A stretch of 64,000 nt of DNA from Hyalangium minutum (GCF_000737315.1 NZ_JMCB01000001.1:372001-436000); one strand, 5' to 3'. Counted from the stretch's first letter, positions 1 through 11,152 are shown. Program-made: numbers and translations. Notes: generated from the letters alone by a model not told the origin.

Positions 1-500
1 TGCTCCCGGCCACGCAGGGCCAGCTCGAGGGTGGGCTCGGCCCGGTCGGCCTGATTCCGGAGGGTGTCGAACACCCAAGCGAGCTCGACAGCATGCTCCT
101 CCCGTGCTCGCGCTCGGCCTTCGGCCAGGCCTGACAGCAGCTCATCCCCTGAGACACCGCGCGCCACGTGCGTCATCGGCGTCACAGTGACCTCGGCATA
201 GCGCACGTTCTGCGCGGCGAGCCCCCGTGCCAGGTCGACGGTGATGGCGGTGAAGTCCTCGGCATCCGTGAGGCAACTCGAGAGGGCGAGATAGAGACGA
301 AGGAAATCGTCGAACGAGGTGAACCGGTAGTGCCGCCGCAGCCCCTCGACTCCCTCGTCGCTTCCCGGGAGCGAGCGGCCATGCCTGTTCGCGAGCCTCA
401 GGGCCAGCTCGGGTTGGATGCTCCCTTCGAGATGGAGGTGGAGTTCGGCCTTGGGCAGGCGGCGGATAAGCTCATCCCTGGGCAGTGCGAGTCCTGGCAT
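1..500 (-). CDS. add: Adenosine deaminase (5' part; 3' end runs off the window)
   Basis: Not in the ORF track. Manual translation from ATG at 500 gives MPGLALPRDELIRRLPKAELHLHLEGSIQPELALRL...YRFTSFDDFL; PKAELHxHLEG is the ADA signature. The start lies 4 nt after the stop of the upstream gene (TGAGGACATG). Confidence 0.88.
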   Translation of the reverse strand, partial: MPGLALPRDELIRRLPKAELHLHLEGSIQPELALRLANRHGRSLPGSDEGVEGLRRHYRFTSFDDFLRLYLALSSCLTDAEDFTAITVDLARGLAAQNVRYAEVTVTPMTHVARGVSGDELLSGLAEGRARAREEHAVELAWVFDTLRNQADRAEPTLELALRGRE

Positions 501-504
501 GTCC

Positions 505-2242
<1,738 letters not shown>

Positions 2243-2262
<20 letters not shown>

Positions 2263-3118
2263 CCTTCCTCCTCCAGAGAATGGCCAGCGTCAGGCCCGAC
2301 ACGATGTGCCAGATGCCCCAGAGGCTGGCGATGATCACCATGCTCAGGTTGGCGTTGAACTGCACGGCGATGATGCCGAGCGCCAGCCCTGAGTTCTGCA
2401 TGCCCCCTTCGATCATGACGGCGCGCCGATCCCGCTCGGGCACCCGCATGGCCATGGCCGACAGCCACCCGAACCCGAGGCCCGCCGCGTTGTGCAGCAC
2501 CACCAGCCCGAGCTGCGGAAGGATCTCCGCCGTCAACAGGTGTCGCTGGCGGATCAGCCCCAGCACGATGAAGGCAAGCAGCGCGAGCAGGCTGAAGTTC
2601 CCCAGGGGCTTCTGAAGCTTCGTGGCGGCGTCCGGCAACCGGTGGCGGAGCAGCAGACCCAGCGTCATCGGCGTGGCCAGGATGAGCACCAGGCTGACCC
2701 AGATGTCGGACGGATCGATCTCCAGCCCGCGCAGCCACGACGCAGTCACGGGATTGGCGGCCATCATCCAGCCGAAGTTGAACGGGGTGAGGACCAGCGC
2801 GAGCAGGCTGGCCACGGCCGAGACGCTGACGGACAGGGCGGTGTTGCCGCCACCATAGTGGGTGATGAAGTTGCTGAGGCTGCCGCCGGGACAGGCCGCC
2901 ACGAGGATCATCGCCGCCTCGATGGGCGGGGGGAGATCGAGCAGCAGGGTGGCGCACCAGGTGCCCACGGGGAGCAGTACGAACTGGGGGAGCAACCCGC
3001 ACACCACGCTGCTGGGCATCTGCGTGACGCGCCGGAAGTCCTCGACGCGCAGTTCCAGCGCCACCGAGAACACCATCACCGCCAGCACCAGGCTCAGCAC
3101 GAGTTGCTGCGCGGTCAC
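2243..3118 (-). CDS. Bile acid:sodium symporter (BASS) family transporter
   Basis: Hydrophobic; PGGSLSNF and IEGGMQNSGLA motifs. Start trimmed to GTG 3118, which has AGGAG upstream. Confidence 0.85.
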
Positions 3119-3266
3119 GCGAGGGCTCCTGCGACGGCGGTCCTCCCGTCGCACGAGCAGCCTAGCGCACAGCCGGGGAACGAGGACAGCCGTGTCCAGC
3201 CCGTTCTTGGGTATGACAGCGGGCAGTCCACCTGGGTGAGTGGACTGCCCCACCTCCAGACGAGAC

Positions 3267-4856
3267 TTACTTCACGAAGCCGTTCTCGAAGGCGGCGAAC
3301 TGGCTCTCGAGCTTCCACTGGAGCGCAGCGCGCTTGTTCGCAGTCAGGAAGGCCTCGCAGGCCGAGGAGGCGGGCACCGCGCCCAGATCCTGCTTGGCGC
3401 AGGCGCTCACCGGCTGGCCGTAGCCCTCGGACTGGGACCACAGGCTGTCGCCCTCGACGAAGGCGTTCTCCAGGCTGACGCGCGCCATGTACTTCAGCTT
3501 CGCGTAGTCCAGGCCCTGGTCCGTGGCCGCCGCCACGTACTCGTCGGTGATGGTGCCGCGCAGGATGCCCTGGTCATCGGTCGCCAGCGTCACCGGCACC
3601 TTGTAGTCCAGGTACTTGGAGAGCGGGTGCTTGGTGCCCGAGGCCCCCAGCAGCACCCGGTTGGACGTCAGGCAGATCTCCACCGTCACCCCGGCGGCGC
3701 TCATGTCCCGCAGCAGATCCTCCACGCCGTCGCCCGCGATCTCGGTCAGCACGTCCACACCGTGGCCGATGCGCTCCGCGTGAGCCTTCTCCACCGCGTT
3801 GCGGATGTGGAACGTCATGTGGTCCTGCGTGGAGGACGTCAGCACCTCGGAGATGAGCTCGCCCGCGTGCAGGGAGATGTGGACCGTCTTGCGGCCCGGC
3901 TGGTTGTCATTGAAGTCATCCAGCACCCCCAGGGCGAACATCTCGTCGTCGTAATAGGCGAGCGAGTTGGCGTTCTCCTCGGGGGACACGAGGTTGATGC
4001 CGACGATCTCCGGGACGATCTGCGCCAGCTCATAGGCATAGACCCACTGGCCGAACACCACGGCCCGGGTCCCCGTGCGGTTGGCGGAGACGATGAGCCG
4101 CACGTCCACGTCGCAGCCCGGGTCGGGCGAGGCCGTGTCGCAGCCGAGCAACTCGCGGGCGCCCTTGAGCGTCGCCGCGATGCTGGCGGCCTGGTTGTTG
4201 AGGGCGGTGGTGAAGGCCGGGGTGGTGATGATCTGCTGGCGCTTGGCCAGCAGGGTGGTGGCGTCCCACGGGTCCGAGGGGCCGAAGAGACCGGCCGCGA
4301 TGTTGCCGCCCGTGCCCGAGCCAAAGCCCTGCATCAGCTCTACGTAGATCTGCTTGTTCTGGCCCGCCTTGGAGAGGATGTCGGCATAGCTGTCGTCATT
4401 GCGCGCGTCGATCTGCACCGCGCCATACTTGCCGAAGGCGTCGAAGAAGTGCTGGTGCGCGCTGAGCAGCGGCCCAGGGTGGTCCTCCATGGACCAGGCG
4501 CTGAGCACGGCGTCGTAGAAAGCGCGATCCGTGGCGGTCTGGGACAAGGGCGTGGTGCCAGGCTGGCAGGGATTGCTGGCGACATAGGTGGTGGTGTTCA
4601 CGCACGCGCCATCCTCCGCGCCCCACTGAATGAGCTTCTCGGTGGTGATAGCTCCCGAGGTGTGGCTGTGCAGATCGCCACCCTTGGGCATGTCGCGGAG
4701 GAAGTTCTGGAGCGCCGTGGAGTCACCGCGGATGGACTCCATGTGGTCGCGCACTTCGCGCTCGCGCTCCTCCGCTGTCAGTTCATCCCCACAGCCCGCC
4801 AGCAAGAGCGCTGCCGTCACCACTGCCCACCGTTTCTTGTGCATCACGTCTGTCAC
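3267..4856 (-). CDS. Lipoprotein adenosine deaminase-like protein (ADGF/ADA2-like)
   Basis: Lipobox LLLAGC; MPKGGDLHSH, HAGEL, RIGHG and LATDD metal/catalytic motifs. Start may be ATG 4844. Confidence 0.8.
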   Translation of the reverse strand: MTDVMHKKRWAVVTAALLLAGCGDELTAEEREREVRDHMESIRGDSTALQNFLRDMPKGGDLHSHTSGAITTEKLIQWGAEDGACVNTTTYVASNPCQPGTTPLSQTATDRAFYDAVLSAWSMEDHPGPLLSAHQHFFDAFGKYGAVQIDARNDDSYADILSKAGQNKQIYVELMQGFGSGTGGNIAAGLFGPSDPWDATTLLAKRQQIITTPAFTTALNNQAASIAATLKGARELLGCDTASPDPGCDVDVRLIVSANRTGTRAVVFGQWVYAYELAQIVPEIVGINLVSPEENANSLAYYDDEMFALGVLDDFNDNQPGRKTVHISLHAGELISEVLTSSTQDHMTFHIRNAVEKAHAERIGHGVDVLTEIAGDGVEDLLRDMSAAGVTVEICLTSNRVLLGASGTKHPLSKYLDYKVPVTLATDDQGILRGTITDEYVAAATDQGLDYAKLKYMARVSLENAFVEGDSLWSQSEGYGQPVSACAKQDLGAVPASSACEAFLTANKRAALQWKLESQFAAFENGFVK

Positions 4857-4860
4857 CTTG

Positions 4861-4904
4861 AAGAGAAGAGAAAAGAGGCCCCCATGGCTTCATCGAGGGG
4901 CCTC
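4861..4904 (-). terminator. Intrinsic terminator-like hairpin in the 5' leader of the deaminase operon
   Basis: GAGGCCCC/GGGGCCTC inverted repeat (4875-4882 / 4897-4904) followed on the minus strand by TTTTCTCTTCTCTT. Confidence 0.5.
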
Positions 4905-4967
4905 GTTCCGAGCTCATACCTCAAGTGCGAACAATTGCACCTACGGTTGCACGGAGAGTGATGCACT

Positions 4968-4984
4968 TATATCAGACTGATATA
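4968..4984. promoter_or_regulatory. Candidate PadR operator
   Basis: Perfect AT-rich palindrome TATATCAG-A-CTGATATA, 21 nt upstream of the PadR start. Confidence 0.55.
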
Positions 4985-5005
4985 TACTGGGAGCCGGAGG
5001 TCACC

Positions 5006-5599
5006 GTGGCAAGAGAGAACACCTGCCAGTTCGCCATCCTGGGGATGCTGTGCCGGGAGCCCATGAGCGGTTACGGCCTGCGGCAGGCCATCGAGCGGAC
5101 CGTGGGGCACTTCTGGCAGGAGAGCTACGGCAACCTGTACCCGACGCTGGAGCGGATGGAGGGAGAGGGGCTGGTCGCGCTCGATCGGGAGGAGCATTCG
5201 CCGGGCGGGCGGGTGCGCAAGGTGTACCGGGTGACGGCGGAAGGGCGGCGGGTGCTCGCAGAGTGGCTGCGGCGGCCGGTGGTGCCCCACGTGGAGCGCA
5301 ACGAGTTGCTGCTCAAGCTCTTCTTCGGGGGACGGGTGGGACCGGAGGACTCGCTGGCGCACGTGGAGCGCAGCCGGGCCGAGGCCGAGGGGCTGCTGGC
5401 CGTGCTGCGGCTCATCGACGAGGACATCCACCGCTCGCGCGAGGACCACCCGGAGCTGCCCTACTGGCACCTGTCCATTCGCGCGGGGTTGCTTGGACTG
5501 GAGGCGCACCTGCGCTGGTGCGACGAGGCCCAAGAGACGCTCCAGCGTCTGGCACACACGAAGGATTCGAAAAAGAAGGGGGAGCGGGATGGGCGGTAA
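5006..5599 (+). CDS. PadR-family transcriptional regulator
   Basis: AILGML..PMSGYGL, YGNLYPTL..ME.EGLV, RKVYRVT.EG, ELLLKLFF; GTG start with GGAGG RBS. Confidence 0.9.
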   Translation: MARENTCQFAILGMLCREPMSGYGLRQAIERTVGHFWQESYGNLYPTLERMEGEGLVALDREEHSPGGRVRKVYRVTAEGRRVLAEWLRRPVVPHVERNELLLKLFFGGRVGPEDSLAHVERSRAEAEGLLAVLRLIDEDIHRSREDHPELPYWHLSIRAGLLGLEAHLRWCDEAQETLQRLAHTKDSKKKGERDGR

Positions 5600-7148
5600 A
5601 GAAGGCTCGCGGCGCTGGCAGGTGTTCCTGCCATGGCTCGCCCTGGTGGGCGGGGCCGGCATGTCAATGCTCTTGAACTCGCGTGGGTCGCTGCTGCCCG
5701 GCTGGTTCATGGGCGCCTTGTTGCTCTTCTTCGTCCGCCAGCAGCGGCCGTGGGTCGGCTTCGCCGGCATCCTCTGCGTGAGCACCCTCGCCACGGGCCT
5801 GACGAACCTGGAGGTGTTCCCAGGGTCCGTTGCGGGCAATTTCGGGATGGCCTTGGGTGGCGCATTCTTCCTGGCGCTGGTGTTCCTGGCGGACCGGCTC
5901 ATCGTGGGGCCGCGGGCGTCCTTCGCGGGGACGCTCTTCCTGCCTGCGGCGATGACGGGGCTGGAGTTCTTCAGCAGTCAGGGAAGCCCGTTCGGCACCT
6001 GGGGCTCGCTGGCCTACACCCAGGCTGGCGCACCCGTGCTGGTGCAGCTCGTGTCGGTGACGGGACTGTGGGGCCTGACGTTCGTCCTGGTGTGGTTCGC
6101 CTCCGTGGTCAACTGGGCCTCCGAGCACCGGGCCGAGGGGCGCCGCGTTCTGCCGGGAGTCGCGGTGTTCGTGGGCGTGCTCGGGGTCATCCTCGCCTTC
6201 GGCGCGCTGCGGCTCGCGGGGGCGGGACGCGGGGGCGAGCCCGTACGGGTCGCGGGCATCACGGTGGCGGGCGAGGTGGCTGCGGGACGCGAGGCGGGGC
6301 TGTCCCGGCTCATCCAGGGAGGAACCTTTGGGAACGAGGACTGGCGTGCCTTCGCCGAAGCCTCGGGTACGGTGAACGAGGAGTTGTTGCGCCTGTCGGA
6401 GCGGGAGGCCGAGCGAGGGGCGAAGCTCATCCTCTGGTCCGAGGGCAACGCGGTGGTGCTGGCCGAGCAACTGCCAGCCCTGCTCTCTCGGGGGACGGCC
6501 CTGGCGCGCGAGCGGAGCGTGTGGCTCGGCATGGCGGTGGCGAGCTTCGAGCCCTCGGTGGAGCGCATGTTGCGCAACGAGCTCATCCTGGTGGGGCCGG
6601 ATGGGAGCATGGCGTGGCGCTACGTGAAGGCCCGGCCTGTGCCCGGGTGGGAAGCAGACCACTCCATTCCGGGGAGCCAAGAGGTGCCGGTGCTGCGCAA
6701 CTCGGGCGTGGGAAACCTGGGGGGAGCCATCTGCTTCGATGGGGACTTCCCAGCGGCCTTCGCCGACCCTGGGTCGCGTGGACTCGAACTGCTCCTGCTG
6801 CCAGCGAGCGACTGGCAAGGCATCAGCTCACTGCACATGCGGCAGGCGGTGTTCCGCGCGGTGGAGCAGGGGTTCAGCATGTTGCGGCAAGCCAACCAAG
6901 GCCAGTCGGTGGCGGTGGATGGATACGGGCGCGTGTATGGCGAGCTGGACCACTTCACGACGGAGGATCGGGTGTTGCGCGCGGAGCTGCCGGTGGGGCG
7001 AGTACCCACGCTCTACGCGCGCATCGGCGATTCCGTGGGGATTCTCTCCGGGCTGGTCACGCTGGGATGGGTGGGCTGGGCCGTCGCAGGGGGACTTGCC
7101 CGGCGGTGGCGTGCGCGTGAGAGGCTTCACGCACAGCCAAACGCTTGA
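5589..7148 (+). CDS. Apolipoprotein N-acyltransferase-like membrane nitrilase/CN-hydrolase
   Basis: N-terminal TM helices, PFGTWGSLAYTQ, and the Glu-Lys-Cys triad (WSEG, YVKARPVP, ICFD). Confidence 0.75.
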   Translation: MGGKEGSRRWQVFLPWLALVGGAGMSMLLNSRGSLLPGWFMGALLLFFVRQQRPWVGFAGILCVSTLATGLTNLEVFPGSVAGNFGMALGGAFFLALVFLADRLIVGPRASFAGTLFLPAAMTGLEFFSSQGSPFGTWGSLAYTQAGAPVLVQLVSVTGLWGLTFVLVWFASVVNWASEHRAEGRRVLPGVAVFVGVLGVILAFGALRLAGAGRGGEPVRVAGITVAGEVAAGREAGLSRLIQGGTFGNEDWRAFAEASGTVNEELLRLSEREAERGAKLILWSEGNAVVLAEQLPALLSRGTALARERSVWLGMAVASFEPSVERMLRNELILVGPDGSMAWRYVKARPVPGWEADHSIPGSQEVPVLRNSGVGNLGGAICFDGDFPAAFADPGSRGLELLLLPASDWQGISSLHMRQAVFRAVEQGFSMLRQANQGQSVAVDGYGRVYGELDHFTTEDRVLRAELPVGRVPTLYARIGDSVGILSGLVTLGWVGWAVAGGLARRWRARERLHAQPNA

Positions 7149-7178
7149 AGCGTCTGGCCCTCGCCCTGCTCTATCCGC

Positions 7179-7763
7179 TCAAGCGCCGCGCAGAGCCGCC
7201 CGCCCCAGGGCGCGACAGGCCTCGAGGATCTCGTCGGAGAGCGGAGTGCCCTTGAGGGCGCGCGCCAGGCTCAGGCCCCCGCTCAGCAAGGCAATGACGC
7301 CCAGCGCCCGCTGCCGCCGCAGCCCCTTGTCTCCCGCGAGCAGCGCTCCCAATCCCTCTGCCCACGTCTCCAGCTCTTCCGCGAGCGCGTCACGCGCTTG
7401 CGGCGAGGCGTAGGCGTGGGCGGCCTCGCTCACCACGGATGGAAGAGGACATCCCTCCGCGGGGTTGTCGCGGTGCCTTCGAGACAGGTATCGGCGAAGG
7501 ACCACCTCCAGCGCCTCGGAGCCCGAGGACTGCACGACGCTCAACAGCTGGCGCCACCGCTCGCCCAGCGCCTGGCGCAGAGCAACTCCGACCAGCGCCT
7601 CCTTCGAGTCGAAGTGTGCGTAGAAGCCGCCCACCGTCAGGCCAGCGCCCTTCATCACCTCCGCCACGCTCGCCCCGGAGATGCCGCGCTCGCGCAGCAG
7701 CCGCACGGCTGATTCCAGAATCGCCTGGCGCGTGCGCTCCTTCTGTTCCTCGCGAATTCCCAT
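7179..7763 (-). CDS. TetR/AcrR-family regulator
   Basis: ILESAVRLLRERG..SVAEVMKGAGLTVGGFYAHFDSKE HTH; GCPL in the C-terminal domain. Confidence 0.9.
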   Translation of the reverse strand: MGIREEQKERTRQAILESAVRLLRERGISGASVAEVMKGAGLTVGGFYAHFDSKEALVGVALRQALGERWRQLLSVVQSSGSEALEVVLRRYLSRRHRDNPAEGCPLPSVVSEAAHAYASPQARDALAEELETWAEGLGALLAGDKGLRRQRALGVIALLSGGLSLARALKGTPLSDEILEACRALGRAALRGA

Positions 7764-7800
7764 AGCGTCTCCCGGCGGCTCCGGCTGGGAGCCTGTTCGT

Positions 7801-7846
7801 ATGATGGGCCTCATCTGTATGACGGCCGAAATATGATGCCCATCAT
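7801..7846. promoter_or_regulatory. Candidate TetR operators
   Basis: Perfect ATGATG-CC-CATCAT (7833-7846) and imperfect ATGATG-GG-CCTCAT (7801-7814) upstream of tetR. Confidence 0.5.
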
Positions 7847-7951
7847 GCCGATTTCCCAGGCTGGAATGGCGTCACCCGGTTGCAAAAGCACCTGGGCCCT
7901 CCTGTACACTCACCGCCATCGTCTCACTTCCTCTCACACGAGGGCGCCTCC

Positions 7952-9835
7952 ATGAGTGTCAGCTCCACCAGCGGCTCGAGCTCCAACCGAAGCTCGTCGT
8001 CTTCCTCCTCTTCTTCTTCTTCCTCCTCTTCTTCTTCTTCCTCTTCCTCCAGCAGCAAGACGGCCAATAGCCAGGACAAGAACAAGGAGAGCAAGAACAC
8101 GGCGTCTGGCAAGCAGACCCCTACGCAAGAGCGGCACTACCGCAGCAGCTTCCAGGATTCGGCTCCCACGAGCCCCAAGCTGCAGAACACGCCCAAGGAG
8201 GCGCAGGCGAAGAACCCTCAGCAGCTGCTGCACGCTCCCAACCTCACCCTGGATAACCTCGGACCGTTCCTGGATTCCACGCCCATGGCGCTGCAGAAGG
8301 ACACGCTCCAGGCGCCCAAGATGGACACGCTCGAGGACCTCAAGCCGGTTCTTCAGTCCAGGCCCCTCGGTCCTCCGTCCACCTTCACCAAGACGGCCCC
8401 TGCCACGTTCTCACAGGACGGCCAGAACTTCGCGGCCAACAATGGCTACCCGGTCTATGCCCAAGGCTCAGGAATGCCCTGGGCGGCGGACACGATGGGC
8501 AGGAGCGGAGACACTCTCAGCGGCTATGGCTGCGCTATTACCGCAGTGGCGATGGGAGTCAGCGGCATCACCGGGAAGACCGTCACCCCGGGCGAGATGA
8601 ACACGTTCATGAACGGGATCGACGGCTACAACGGCAATGGCGCCATCGACCGGTGGAACCAGATGGGGAATGTGGAGGCCGCGGGCGTCCAGGTGAAGCG
8701 CGAGGACTGGGGGACCTTCAAGGCGGACCAGATCGACCAGGAGCTGGACGCGGGCCGCCCGGTGGTCGTCCAAGTGGATTACAAGGGCAACACGGAGGGC
8801 GACCACTGGATCCTCGTCACAGGCCGCAACGCCGAGGGCCAGTACCAGGCGAACGACCCCGCTGGCGGCAAGGTGATCACCATGCACCGTAATGATGACG
8901 GTCAGCTCGTGGCGGACGAAGCCAATGCCCGGTCTGGCCGTCCGTACGTCACGACCGGGAATGCCACGACCTTCGACCGCGGTGCGCCGGCAAACGCGAC
9001 CAGTCCCACCACGTTCACGTTCCAGAAGCAGGCACCCACCCCGATGCCGCCCCTGGATCGCTCGAAGCTTCCGCAGCAGGCGCCCATCCCGATGCCGCCC
9101 CTGGATCGCTCGCAGTTCCAGCAGCAGGCGCCCATCCCGATGCCCGCTCCGGACCGGGCCAAGCTCGCCCTGACCATCCCTCACATGGAGAACGGACTGC
9201 TGCAGCCCGGCACCTCGGTCGAGGCCGCCATCGCCAACGCGGTGGATACGGTGGGCATCGGTTACGGGTACATGAAGGCCATGGGCAACCAGGAGAGCTC
9301 GTTCAATCCCTCGGCCAAGGCCGGAACCAGCAGCGCCACCGGCGTGTACCAGTTCCTCGATCAGACGTGGCTGGGGACGGTCAAAAAGCATGGGGCCGAG
9401 CACGGTCTGGGAGACATGGCCGCGCAGATCCAGTGGGACTCGAACGCGGGGAAGTACGTGGTGGCAGACGACACCGTGCGGCAGCAGATCCTCGACGAGC
9501 GCTACAACCCAACCTCCAGCGCGTTGATGGCGGCCGAGTTCACGCTGGAGAACCAGAACCACCTGAGGAGGACGCTGCAGATCGAGCCGGGACCGACCGA
9601 GCTCTACATGGCCCACTTCCTGGGGGCCGGGGGCGCAACGAAGTTCCTGGGCGCGCAGGGCAACGAAAAGGGCAGCCAGAGCGCGGCCGACATGTTCCCC
9701 GACCAGGCCGAAGCCAACCCCAACATCTTCTATACGAATGCCGGCACGGCGCGGACCCTGGATGAGGTCTACGCGGTGCTGCAGGCGAAGATCGCCCCCA
9801 AGGCCGAGGCCTACGAGCTCGCTCGCGGCAGCTGA
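7952..9835 (+). CDS. Peptidase C39-like + lytic transglycosylase (SLT-like) fusion with Ser-rich N-terminus
   Basis: YAQ..GCAITAVAM, HWILVTG and NDP (Cys-His-Asp); C-terminal QESSFNP.A...SSATGVYQF..TW and ELYMAHFLGAGGA. Confidence 0.7.
   Translation: MSVSSTSGSSSNRSSSSSSSSSSSSSSSSSSSSSSKTANSQDKNKESKNTASGKQTPTQERHYRSSFQDSAPTSPKLQNTPKEAQAKNPQQLLHAPNLTLDNLGPFLDSTPMALQKDTLQAPKMDTLEDLKPVLQSRPLGPPSTFTKTAPATFSQDGQNFAANNGYPVYAQGSGMPWAADTMGRSGDTLSGYGCAITAVAMGVSGITGKTVTPGEMNTFMNGIDGYNGNGAIDRWNQMGNVEAAGVQVKREDWGTFKADQIDQELDAGRPVVVQVDYKGNTEGDHWILVTGRNAEGQYQANDPAGGKVITMHRNDDGQLVADEANARSGRPYVTTGNATTFDRGAPANATSPTTFTFQKQAPTPMPPLDRSKLPQQAPIPMPPLDRSQFQQQAPIPMPAPDRAKLALTIPHMENGLLQPGTSVEAAIANAVDTVGIGYGYMKAMGNQESSFNPSAKAGTSSATGVYQFLDQTWLGTVKKHGAEHGLGDMAAQIQWDSNAGKYVVADDTVRQQILDERYNPTSSALMAAEFTLENQNHLRRTLQIEPGPTELYMAHFLGAGGATKFLGAQGNEKGSQSAADMFPDQAEANPNIFYTNAGTARTLDEVYAVLQAKIAPKAEAYELARGS
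7991..8056 (+). repeat. Poly-serine (TCN/AGC)n tract, 22 codons
   Basis: Read directly from sequence: agctcgtcgtcttcctcctcttcttcttct...tccagcagc. Confidence 0.95.
9023..9166 (+). repeat. Three tandem 48-bp repeats (QxQAPxPMPxxDRxxx)
   Basis: QKQAPTPMPPLDRSKL / PQQAPIPMPPLDRSQF / QQQAPIPMPAPDRAKL linker between the two catalytic domains. Confidence 0.9.
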
Positions 9836-9933
9836 CCACAGCTCAGGGCCCCTTGCGGGCATGCCCCCCCTGTACACCGGCGCGGCTTTCAGCGCGGCCG
9901 GTCAGGGGGCGAAGGAATTGCTAGCATGGCTCC

Positions 9934-10776
9934 GTGATCGTCTTCCTGCGGCGTCTCAGGTTCTTTGTGGCGATGGGGGCCGCAGGAGGTGCGCTGATCG
10001 CCCTGTGCTGCCTCGTTGCCTACCTGACCCGTTCATCGGTCGCGGGAGGCCTCCTGGGAACCCTCTTGGGGTCGGTCTTGTTGATCATGACCGTGCTCGA
10101 AGAGGAACACTGGGGCGGCTTACCCGGGGATGGGTTGGTCCTGGGGATCGCCACGGTGATCGCGGCTTGCCTGGCGGGGTTCGTCGGATGCCTGCCACTC
10201 CCGGAGTTCAGCCGTCTCCACTTCGCCGAGCAGCGGGAGGTCTCCAGCGAGGAGCTGGCGAACCACCCCGGGGTGACGCGCTTCCGGCTGCGCGACGGCC
10301 GCGTGGAGGCCCATACCGTTCACAAGAAGTACCACCGCCATGCGGACAAGAAGCCCGCCGTCACCTACGCACATGCCGTGGCGCCCGTGCGCCCTCCCGG
10401 GTGGCGCCCCGGTGATCCCGTGCGCGTGTGGGCGGTCTGCCACGACTTTAGCGAGAGTGACGAGCAGGCCGCGTGCCTCGATGCCTGGCATGAGCCGCCA
10501 GGAGGAGCCGTGGCCGTCGATCCCGAGCTCGAGCCCTGCTTTCAGGCCGCCGTGCCCGCGGAGACCGCTCCTCGGGATGGGCGCCTCGTGTTCGTACACT
10601 GGGTGAAGAGCCCGGAGACCTATGTCGAGGAGCGCTGGAACGAGGTCATCGGCTTTCTTCGAGGCACGGCCATCGGCTGGGGTGCCGTTGCCGGCCTCTG
10701 GTTCCTCGGGACCTCCGTGGTGAGGTTGCTCTTTGCGCTCCGAAACTTGAGAGCCACGGGAGATGACGCGCAGTAA
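9934..10776 (+). CDS. Hypothetical membrane protein
   Basis: Three N-terminal hydrophobic helices, a soluble domain with 3 Cys, and a C-terminal TM; no family recognised. Confidence 0.6.
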   Translation: MIVFLRRLRFFVAMGAAGGALIALCCLVAYLTRSSVAGGLLGTLLGSVLLIMTVLEEEHWGGLPGDGLVLGIATVIAACLAGFVGCLPLPEFSRLHFAEQREVSSEELANHPGVTRFRLRDGRVEAHTVHKKYHRHADKKPAVTYAHAVAPVRPPGWRPGDPVRVWAVCHDFSESDEQAACLDAWHEPPGGAVAVDPELEPCFQAAVPAETAPRDGRLVFVHWVKSPETYVEERWNEVIGFLRGTAIGWGAVAGLWFLGTSVVRLLFALRNLRATGDDAQ

Positions 10777-10781
10777 GCCTG

Positions 10782-10808
10782 TGGAGGCGGCGGGAATCGA
10801 ACCCGCCG
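10782..10808. repeat. att-like direct repeat, left copy; reverse complement of a tmRNA/tRNA 3' end (T-arm + acceptor)
   Basis: TGGAGGCGGCGGGAATCGAACCCGCCG; the minus strand reads CGGCGGGTTCGATTCCCGCCGCCTCCA. Confidence 0.7.
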
Positions 10809-11152
10809 CTCGGAGCTTCTGGCGAGAGCGGAGGCGGGATTTGATGTGGCCGAGAGGGGTCGAGCCCGTGCGATACTGCGATACCGCGATGCGGGTGACG
10901 GCCGATTGCGAGCTGCAGCCGTCGGAAACGCGACTTGCGGGATGACCGCTCGCGACGGCGCGCGCGGAACGTGGCGTGCCTCTGCGCACTGACGAGCGAC
11001 CGTGCAACCGCGCAAAGAGACCAGCCCAGAGGAGCGCAGCAAGACGGGGCGAGTTCCGTGCTCCGCCGTGGCAGACGGACAACGCCACCGCTCTAACGCG
11101 CGCCTCCAGCACCGGCATATTTTCATGCGCGCCGGGGCGCGGGCAGAACCCT

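Noticed and set aside
7866-7884. TGGCGT...TTGCA as a sigma54 promoter
   Set aside because: GG-to-GC spacing is 12 nt, not the required 10.
7991-9166. Poly-Ser tract and 48-bp repeats as CRISPR or a phase-variation locus
   Set aside because: No unique spacers, and unit lengths are multiples of 3 within a coding linker, so slippage would not shift the frame.
10782-10808. tmRNA or tRNA gene
   Set aside because: Only about 27 nt of 3'-end-like sequence is present, with no 5' half or cloverleaf. Treated as an att-like repeat.
10846-10870. CCGAGAGGGGTCGAGCCC resembling a reversed tRNA 3' end
   Set aside because: Too short and degenerate to support a call.
10763-10945. 60-aa ORF containing VEAAGIEPA
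   Set aside because: This is the translation of the att-like repeat, not a credible protein.
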